Below, one piece after another: positions 1 through 5,918 of a stretch of 18,261 bases of DNA. Position 1 is the stretch's first letter; each line of letters begins with the position of its first letter. This DNA is from an uncultured archaeon (GTDB taxonomy: Archaea; Aenigmatarchaeota; Aenigmatarchaeia; CG10238-14). The notes under the pieces were generated by a model. The model was not told where the DNA came from. It did no database searches and saw only the letters and a list, made by a program, of their open reading frames with translations. The position numbers and the translations under genes are program-made. The stretch lies in the NCBI GenBank assembly GCA_964601485.1, contig CAZRNP010000016.1, positions 1-18,261 of the forward strand, given 5' to 3'.

Positions 1-290
1 CATATTTGAAACCCTAATACACCTGTATTTGGCATGTTTCTAACATTAATTTTTAAATTAAATAGTTTTTTATACAAATCAATTATCTTTGTTAGATAGT
101 GTTCTCTGTCATCTATTATATTACCCCTAAGTTGATAAAAGAACCCTTTAGTATACCTATTCATGCTACCGTCTCCTATATGAAGTCCTGTTTCTTCTGC
201 AAGATCACATGTTATTTCATTAGGTAATATAATTTCTTTTTTTAAATCTGCATTTTCAAAAATTATTTTGTTAAGATTTAATTTTGTCAT
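1..290 (-). CDS. LAGLIDADG-type homing endonuclease-like protein, N-terminal 96 codons (ORF runs off the left window edge)
   Basis: Own translation of the minus strand from ATG 290-288 stays open to position 1: MTKLNLNKIIFENADLKKEIILPNEITCDLAEETGLHIGDGSMNRYTKGFFYQLRGNIIDDREHYLTKIIDLYKKLFNLKINVRNMPNTGVLGFQI. LAEETGLHIGDGSM fits the LAGLIDADG dodecapeptide pattern (helix ending in G-D-G-S). Absent from the ORF track because it is edge-truncated. Confidence 0.55.
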   Translation of the reverse strand, partial: MTKLNLNKIIFENADLKKEIILPNEITCDLAEETGLHIGDGSMNRYTKGFFYQLRGNIIDDREHYLTKIIDLYKKLFNLKINVRNMPNTGVLGFQI

Positions 291-357
291 ATAAATGTAT
301 ATAAATTGAAAGATATATAAAAATTTCGATTGTATATTATAAAATTTAAGAGAATAG

Positions 358-448
358 TGGACCGGCTGAGATTCGAACTCAGGGCCTTTCGGTTATCAGC
401 TTCGTCGTATAGTACTCGAACGCTCCAGCCAGGCTGAGCTACCGGTCC
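358..448 (-). tRNA. tRNA-Ile (anticodon GAU) with a 16-nt intron
   Basis: Minus strand reads GGACCGG-TA-GCTC-AGCCTGGCTG-GAGC-G-TTCG[AGTACTATACGACGAA]G-CTGATAA-CCGAA-AGGCC-CTGAG-TTCGAAT-CTCAG-CCGGTCC-A. This is a complete cloverleaf once the bracketed insert (plus-strand 401-416) is removed. Anticodon GAT is the complement of 395-397. CCA is not encoded. Confidence 0.85.
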
Positions 449-507
449 TTGAAAACTTATTTTTAATGCTAACTATTTTAATCTTGTGTTAAGAACTTAA
501 TTAATGA

Positions 508-579
508 GGGCCGATAGATCAACGGTAGATCGCTTGCTCCGCAAGTAAGAGGCTGAGGGTTCAAATCCCTCTCGGTCCA
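508..579 (+). tRNA. tRNA-Ala (anticodon CGC), atypical anticodon loop
   Basis: GGGCCGA-TA-GATC-AACGGTA-GATC-G-CTTGC-TCCGCAA-GTAAG-AGGCT-GAGGG-TTCAAAT-CCCTC-TCGGTCC-A. The acceptor stem carries G3:U70, the alanine identity pair. Anticodon CGC is at 540-542. Position 33 is C rather than the near-universal U. Confidence 0.75.
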
Positions 580-705
580 AATGGTTAAGCTAAAAATAGG
601 TTATTAATGGTATTTAGTAGCCAAATTCAAAGACTTGAAAAAAGATGAAAAAATCGGTCCATTGGACCTGAAAATCTATGGACTTTTGGAGAATTGAATC
701 CTTAA

Positions 706-727
706 TGAAGAACAAAAACATATCTGA
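706..727. repeat. 22-nt repeat TGAAGAACAAAAACATATCTGA (copy 1 of 2 near-identical copies)
   Basis: Matches 2152-2173 at 21 of 22 positions in the same orientation. Looser relatives lie at 11269-11293 and 12442-12460. Confidence 0.8.
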
Positions 728-877
728 TTCTGAACTTCCTTCGTAATTATCGCCGAGAGTGAGGAGTGAGTTGTTGTTATTTTAAGAAGGAAAATTCAAC
801 ATGTCATCTGATTCTGTGGGGTTATTTTAAAGGCTTAAATCTTTTATATATAATTTTCTTTTTTTAGAATAAATTTA

Positions 878-1600
878 TTAGAAGAGTTCAGGAATAAGTT
901 CATGCAGAGTTGTATGGGCATCTTTTATTATAGGACTGGTATCCTCTCGTGATCTGTACTTCTTTTCTAGAATGGAGAATAAAATCGAAAGATGTTTTAA
1001 AAATTCATCTAATTTAAATTGTTTTAATTTCATTGAGCCTGCCTCTGAATCGACAAGTCTAAATGGATAATCGTTAAGTCTAAACATCTGATTTTTCATG
1101 TTATTATCTAAATCTTTGATAGTAACTTTTCCTTCATCAACAATCCTCGCAAAAGCCTCTCCAACATTTTCTTGCAGAACGGCTTCGGCTAATGCAAAAT
1201 CGATTTTAGCTATGTCTATTGGACTTACTCCAGCTTGTTCGTAAAGATTTAAAATACGATTATAAGCTCTGTTGACTACATTTGGAAGGAATACGTAAAC
1301 TTCCTTTCCATCAGACCTTTTGTAATTTACTTTTAAAGACTCTTTCTCAAGGGATATTATTAACCCTTCTAAAAATGGGTCTTCACCAACTTCTTTCTTT
1401 ATACCATCCAACAAATCTCCTAGTTTTCCAAAACTTCCTTCGATTGGCACCCATGGGATATAGGCTAAAACAGTGTAATTGTTTGATGCATCTAGTTTTC
1501 TTATGTCATCTACAGAAGCACATTCAAAATTTCCACTACTCGTTCTAATTATATAGCTATGACATTGTTGAGAAGAGATATTTATCGACCTCAAATACAA
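878..1600 (-). CDS. hypothetical protein (240 aa), no recognisable motif
   Basis: Long open frame in an AT-rich background, which makes chance ORFs of this length unlikely. No catalytic or recombinase motif recognised. Lies inside the tRNA-Ala-bounded segment. Confidence 0.6.
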   Translation of the reverse strand: MYLRSINISSQQCHSYIIRTSSGNFECASVDDIRKLDASNNYTVLAYIPWVPIEGSFGKLGDLLDGIKKEVGEDPFLEGLIISLEKESLKVNYKRSDGKEVYVFLPNVVNRAYNRILNLYEQAGVSPIDIAKIDFALAEAVLQENVGEAFARIVDEGKVTIKDLDNNMKNQMFRLNDYPFRLVDSEAGSMKLKQFKLDEFLKHLSILFSILEKKYRSREDTSPIIKDAHTTLHELIPELF

Positions 1601-1763
1601 AATATACCGATAAAATTAAATAATTTATCAAAAATAGACTCGTTAAAACCAAATAATTTAATGGATAAATGGCTAAAAAAGTAGTGAATCCTTCTAATAT
1701 TTCGTATACCAAAAACAATAATAAAATAAATGTAGCAATATCACATTTTTTTCCTTCAAACAT
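1557..1763 (-). CDS. hypothetical small membrane protein (68 aa, two hydrophobic segments)
   Basis: Track ORF with two TM-like stretches (IATFILLLFLVYEIL and LVLTSLFLINYLILSVYFVF). Its 3' end overlaps the start of the 240-aa ORF by 44 nt, suggesting co-transcription. Confidence 0.4.
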   Translation of the reverse strand: MFEGKKCDIATFILLLFLVYEILEGFTTFLAIYPLNYLVLTSLFLINYLILSVYFVFEVDKYLFSTMS

Positions 1764-1920
1764 ACTCTCTAATTAATTATTGTGGATAATGACGTATAAA
1801 CCTTATTTGCGAGCATTTTTCAATTTCGTCCAAAGAACAAAAATCTATATGATTCCGTTTAAATTAAAATGTTTTTCTGGATAGGTAAAGGATAAAAGTT
1901 TAATTTTAAGTTAAATTTTA

Positions 1921-2154
1921 ATGGTCACCGAACATGCTCTTGAAATAGCAAGAATAATTGCCCAAAAATATAGAGTGAAATTAGAAGTTAGTTTTATACA
2001 TAATTCTGACAAGGTAGATGTTAAAATTAGTTATCAAAATCTGAAGGATTTAAATGGTTTTTTAAGTGAATTGTCGAAAACACCAGGGGTTGGATGTGAA
2101 ATATTTTATTGGAGTAAACCAGATTCTAGTAAAACAGATAAATACATTGCTTGA
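1921..2154 (+). CDS. hypothetical protein (77 aa)
   Basis: Track ORF with an ATG start and no motif recognised. Its TGA stop is the first three bases of the 22-nt repeat at 2152-2173. Confidence 0.4.
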   Translation: MVTEHALEIARIIAQKYRVKLEVSFIHNSDKVDVKISYQNLKDLNGFLSELSKTPGVGCEIFYWSKPDSSKTDKYIA

Positions 2155-2173
2155 AGAACAAAAACCTATCTGA
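2152..2173. repeat. 22-nt repeat TGAAGAACAAAAACCTATCTGA (copy 2)
   Basis: 21 of 22 identity to 706-727. Confidence 0.8.
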
Positions 2174-2345
2174 AGTATATTCTCCAGTGAATACTTTCAG
2201 CCGTTTTCCATGATAACAAACCATTAAGAAATGGACTCTTTTGGTTGAAAGGGTTAAGGGAATTTTGAAAGTGAAAAAGTATATAGTGGAGAGGTTAGTT
2301 TAGCCCATTTAGTGTAACTAAAACCATTAAAAACTATATTTGAGC

Positions 2346-2365
2346 TTCAAATCCCTCTCGGTCCA
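2346..2365 (+). repeat. Exact 20-nt copy of the tRNA-Ala 3' end (TTCAAATCCCTCTCGGTCCA): putative att-site remnant
   Basis: Identical to 560-579 (T-loop, 3' T-stem, 3' acceptor strand and discriminator of the tRNA at 508-579). The upstream bases (TGAGC) cannot form the T-stem, so it is a fragment and not a gene. A further 10-nt match, TCGGTCCATT, occurs at 654-663 and 2358-2367. Confidence 0.8.
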
Positions 2366-2453
2366 TTTAATACGTTTAGAATATAATTATATGGAAAATA
2401 CCCTACAAAAACTGTATAATTAATAAATTTAATACAGAAATCAAATATTAATT

Positions 2454-4838
2454 ATGAAGAAAAAAATTTCGTTGCTGATCTTCTCAATTCTAATTATTTT
2501 TCTTTTAATATCAACAGTAAAAGCAGATGGTGGATTCTTCCCTCCAGTTTATTACAAGGAAGACTTGTTTGAACCGACTCAAAAAGCCGTTATATTTCAT
2601 AACAACGGTGAAGAAAGAATAGTACTTCAAGTTGAATACAGCGGTTCAATGAAAGATTTTGCATGGGTAGTTCCTACCCCAAGTTATCCTGTTGTTAACA
2701 AGTCAGATCCACTTTTATTTGAAGAACTCCACTATTTAACTGAACCGATTTATAGAAGAGCTCCTGAGTGGCCATTGTTTTGGGGTTATTATGGTTCTGC
2801 CCTAATGGCAGTAGATAAAGGGGGTGTCCAACTTCTTGAAAGATATCAAGTTGGAATTTATGATGTGAGTATTCTATCTGCAACAGACCCTAATGCCTTA
2901 ATTAATTGGTTGAACAATAACAATTATTCAATCCCTCAAACTGCAAGAGGTGTAATTCAGCATTACATCGATAAAAATTGGTATTTTATTGCGATTAGAA
3001 TAAATTTAGCACCGTACAACGAAAATCTTATATCAACTCTCAGGAAAATCGACAGTAGGGTTACTACTCAAGAAAATGCAGTCCAATATTTGACAGACGA
3101 TTTAGTGAATTATGTAAAGGATGGAAAATTATACGATGAGTTAACTGCGATAAGAAATACTAATATAGAGTACGGTGAGGAAACAAAAACAAAGGTACAA
3201 GAGTTACCATACATGTATCGAATGCGTTATGAAAGTGCTCCTACTAGATTGATTGATGAGAGGGAATATACAGAATTATATGAAAATTATAACGGCTATT
3301 TAGATGATCACTTAAGGAATGATATACAGAAAAATATAGAAAATAAACTCACTCAAAAAATAGAGATTCCTTACTCGGATAGTTGTTATGAAGGTCGTCA
3401 CTGGCAAACAGGTGTTGATTATTCTTATTGTTATGTTTGGTATTTTACAAAAAATTCAGAAGAATATAAAACCTTGAAGAGTGTTGATTGCGGTCAGTAT
3501 TGTTCTAGAGTTTCTCAAACAAAAACCCAGTATTCAGCGGATGACTTAGCATACGTGGCGGCTAATGCTATAATGAATGGAGATGAATATATTAAAAACT
3601 ATTTTGAAATAACTCAGACGCAAATTGACTGGTATCAGAATTCTAAACAACGTTTCGATTATGTTTTCAATCAAGTTAAAAATAAGTTAATGGTAAAGTT
3701 AAATCAAGATGCGAATAATCTACGTTTACAGCTTGAACAACAATTAGCTCAAGAATATTCCCAAAAAACAGGAATGACTTTCAGTAATGTGAATGGAATT
3801 GCATATTTCTTTGCCGATAAGACATTACAAGATATTAAAACTGATAAAACATTCTTAAATTCATACATCTACAGTTTTGGTTTGATTGATTCTGGTGAAT
3901 ATACCAATTACAAAAGATTACACGATGGAAATCACGATGAAATAGGACTTAGGACTGCGATGGAGGAAATTGTAGATAAAGTAGTCTATTTTGAATACGA
4001 ACAAGTGAAAGGACAGTTAAACGCTGGAACAGTTCAACCATTGATGATAACATTCTATTCTGATGAAATAGTTTATCCTTTGAAAATGTCATCGATGAAC
4101 AAAGGCGCTGCTGAAATTTTGTTGTATGTTTTTACGAATTATAGAGTAGAAATAAATGGGTTCAATGTAGAATACGCTAAATGGATCAAACCCGAGGATA
4201 TAAGAACTGAAAGTTATCTCGAGTACAAAAGACAATATGGGGATAAACCAGTTTCTGAAGTCCCTCAATATTATCGAAAAGATGTTTATTATTACCTCAA
4301 CCAACTGTTGGATGACAGATACTTTTTGACCAAGATGAGAAGATCTATGTACCCAAGTGAAATGGAAGATTTGGTAATAACACAAGCTAGAAACAACGAA
4401 GAATACAGGTTGATTACATATGAACCGGGTTATGCAATGAAATGGATAGGGTTCATTATTGGAATCGGTATTTTAAGTTTGATCCTTACAGTTTTTTTCA
4501 TACCGATCGGATGGTTAAGCAATAGGTTGACAAATAGAAATGAAAAATCCATTTATTATGTTACTAAAAAAAGATGCTTTTATTATGCCTTAATATTCAT
4601 GCTTTTATTGGGCTTAACTATTATATTTTCTACTGTTGCAAATGTTTATTGGGATGTTTTAAAACCATTTAGCTGGTTTTTTGAATTCCTATCACATTTA
4701 TTGAATTTCATCGGACTTCCAGGACTTTTAATCGGAATAATTCTGTTCATACTTGCTTTATCCTTGATATTTGCTATTATACATGTAATTTTCAGTTTTA
4801 TCATATCGATATTTAAAACTTCAAAAAAACAATATTGA
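2454..4838 (+). CDS. DUF2330-like secreted protein with a large insert and a C-terminal multi-TM region (794 aa)
   Basis: Signal peptide MKKKISLLIFSILIIFLLISTVKA. It is followed by DGGFFPPVYYKEDLFEPTQKAVIFHNNGEERIVLQVEYSGSMKDFAWVVPTPSYP, which matches my memory of the DUF2330 N-terminal signature (GGFF ... FAWVxPxPs). The middle is about 450 aa, rich in Y/N/E/K with a 4-Cys cluster. Four or more TM helices occupy the last ~170 aa. Confidence 0.85.
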   Translation: MKKKISLLIFSILIIFLLISTVKADGGFFPPVYYKEDLFEPTQKAVIFHNNGEERIVLQVEYSGSMKDFAWVVPTPSYPVVNKSDPLLFEELHYLTEPIYRRAPEWPLFWGYYGSALMAVDKGGVQLLERYQVGIYDVSILSATDPNALINWLNNNNYSIPQTARGVIQHYIDKNWYFIAIRINLAPYNENLISTLRKIDSRVTTQENAVQYLTDDLVNYVKDGKLYDELTAIRNTNIEYGEETKTKVQELPYMYRMRYESAPTRLIDEREYTELYENYNGYLDDHLRNDIQKNIENKLTQKIEIPYSDSCYEGRHWQTGVDYSYCYVWYFTKNSEEYKTLKSVDCGQYCSRVSQTKTQYSADDLAYVAANAIMNGDEYIKNYFEITQTQIDWYQNSKQRFDYVFNQVKNKLMVKLNQDANNLRLQLEQQLAQEYSQKTGMTFSNVNGIAYFFADKTLQDIKTDKTFLNSYIYSFGLIDSGEYTNYKRLHDGNHDEIGLRTAMEEIVDKVVYFEYEQVKGQLNAGTVQPLMITFYSDEIVYPLKMSSMNKGAAEILLYVFTNYRVEINGFNVEYAKWIKPEDIRTESYLEYKRQYGDKPVSEVPQYYRKDVYYYLNQLLDDRYFLTKMRRSMYPSEMEDLVITQARNNEEYRLITYEPGYAMKWIGFIIGIGILSLILTVFFIPIGWLSNRLTNRNEKSIYYVTKKRCFYYALIFMLLLGLTIIFSTVANVYWDVLKPFSWFFEFLSHLLNFIGLPGLLIGIILFILALSLIFAIIHVIFSFIISIFKTSKKQY

Positions 4839-4907
4839 ATTCTTAGGTTAAAACGCCGATAAAATTATTTAAACCAAAACCTATAGTCTTTCAAAGGAGG
4901 TTCAACA

Positions 4908-5087
4908 ATGACTTGTTATTGTAAATCTTTATTGGCTGTTTTAGTGATAATCCTTGCTTGGTTTGAAACAGGATACAATCAAATACTCCTGACAATCGTC
5001 GGTCTAGTACTACTTGTCATGAGCATAAAACCAAATATCTGTTGTTGCTGCATGAAAAAAACTGCCAAAAAAACCAAGAAGAGATAA
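4908..5087 (+). CDS. small Cys-rich membrane protein (59 aa), missing from the ORF track
   Basis: Strong SD AAGGAGGT sits 7 nt upstream of ATG 4908. Translation is MTCYCKSLLAVLVIILAWFETGYNQILLTIVGLVLLVMSIKPNICCCCMKKTAKKTKKR. It has two hydrophobic helices, CxC and CCCC motifs, and a basic tail, with stop TAA at 5085-5087. Confidence 0.65.
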   Translation: MTCYCKSLLAVLVIILAWFETGYNQILLTIVGLVLLVMSIKPNICCCCMKKTAKKTKKR

Positions 5088-5164
5088 GTTAAAACTATAA
5101 AGACTTTGAAAACAGCTTTGCATAATCAATATAACCTTCAACTCAGTATCTTTTATAGATAGAA

Positions 5165-5881
5165 ATGATAATAGCTGCCACAGGAGACATCCATTCACCG
5201 AGGCTTTTCGAGTATTTTGTAGAGGCTATGGAAGATTTCCATGCCAAGCCAGACTTGTTTTTTTTATCAGGGGACGTGATCAACAAGGGGAAGGTTGACG
5301 AATACCAAAAGATCTACAACGTATTCTTCGGTAAGATTACTTGTCCCATCATAGCATGTTTTGGTAACGATGAGTTTGGGAATGAGACGAAGATGTTGAT
5401 AGAGAGTCAAGTCCCTGACATCAAGTTTTTAGACGATGAAACTTTGATCGTTGAAGTGCAGGGCAAGTCTGTTGGTATTGTTGGGAGCTTAGGCAGCTTA
5501 GACAGACCATCTTTTTGGCAAAGGAATAATGTCCCTGGTGTAGCCGAGGTATACAAGAAAAGAGTAGGGACTGTGGAGAAACTTCTGTCTGAATTGAGGA
5601 CTGATGTGAAGGTTTTACTCATCCACTACGCCCCCACGTACAAGATTCTTGAAGGAGAGGAAGAAAGAATTTATCCTGAACTGGGTTGTAATGATTATGA
5701 AAGGATCTTGACAGAACAAAAACCTGACCTTGTTATAACTGGGCATTCACACAAAGGAAAAAAACAAGCTTGGGTCGATACTGTCCCGATAGTAAACGTG
5801 GCTTTTCCTCTGAACAAAGAAATAGTCATCATCGATACGGAGAAAGATTTGAAACCTGGGTTGGAGAAGTTTCTTGAATAA
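5165..5881 (+). CDS. calcineurin-like metallophosphoesterase
   Basis: The ordered metallophosphoesterase motifs are all present: GDIH (D-x-H), SGD (G-D), GNDE (G-N-x-E/D), IHYAP (H) and GHSH (G-H-x-H). Confidence 0.9.
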   Translation: MIIAATGDIHSPRLFEYFVEAMEDFHAKPDLFFLSGDVINKGKVDEYQKIYNVFFGKITCPIIACFGNDEFGNETKMLIESQVPDIKFLDDETLIVEVQGKSVGIVGSLGSLDRPSFWQRNNVPGVAEVYKKRVGTVEKLLSELRTDVKVLLIHYAPTYKILEGEEERIYPELGCNDYERILTEQKPDLVITGHSHKGKKQAWVDTVPIVNVAFPLNKEIVIIDTEKDLKPGLEKFLE

Positions 5882-5918
5882 ATTAAAATTTAATGTAACT
5901 TTAGAATTCATTTAAAAC

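Noticed and set aside
700-735. C/D-box sRNA reading of the 22-nt repeat (ATGAAGA - 12 nt - CTGA; also TTGAAGA - 12 nt - CTGA at 2151-2173)
   Set aside because: The 12-nt spacing between a C-like and a D-like box is suggestive. However, the C box is imperfect and there is no second C'/D pair at the proper spacing and no terminal stem. The would-be guide (ACAAAAAC.TAT) is low-complexity. This needs snoscan or RNA-seq, so I do not call it.
1282-1548. 88-aa plus-strand ORF antisense to the 240-aa ORF
   Set aside because: It is fully nested antisense in a longer ORF and is Leu/His/Cys/Phe-rich and low-complexity, with no SD or promoter context.
2281-2365. Possible split-tRNA 3' half or second tRNA gene ending at 2365
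   Set aside because: Only the last 20 nt match a tRNA. The bases before TTCAAAT (TGAGC) cannot pair with CCCTC to form a T-stem, and no acceptor 5' strand or complementary leader was found upstream.
2695-4385. Minus-strand ORFs 2695..2883 and 4089..4385 inside the DUF2330-like gene
   Set aside because: They are antisense shadows of a gene with a clear signal peptide, family signature and TM domain.
5010-5622. Minus-strand ORFs 5010..5198 and 5407..5622
   Set aside because: The first is antisense to the SD-led 59-aa Cys-rich ORF and to the start of the phosphoesterase gene. The second is nested antisense in the phosphoesterase gene. No supporting signals were seen.
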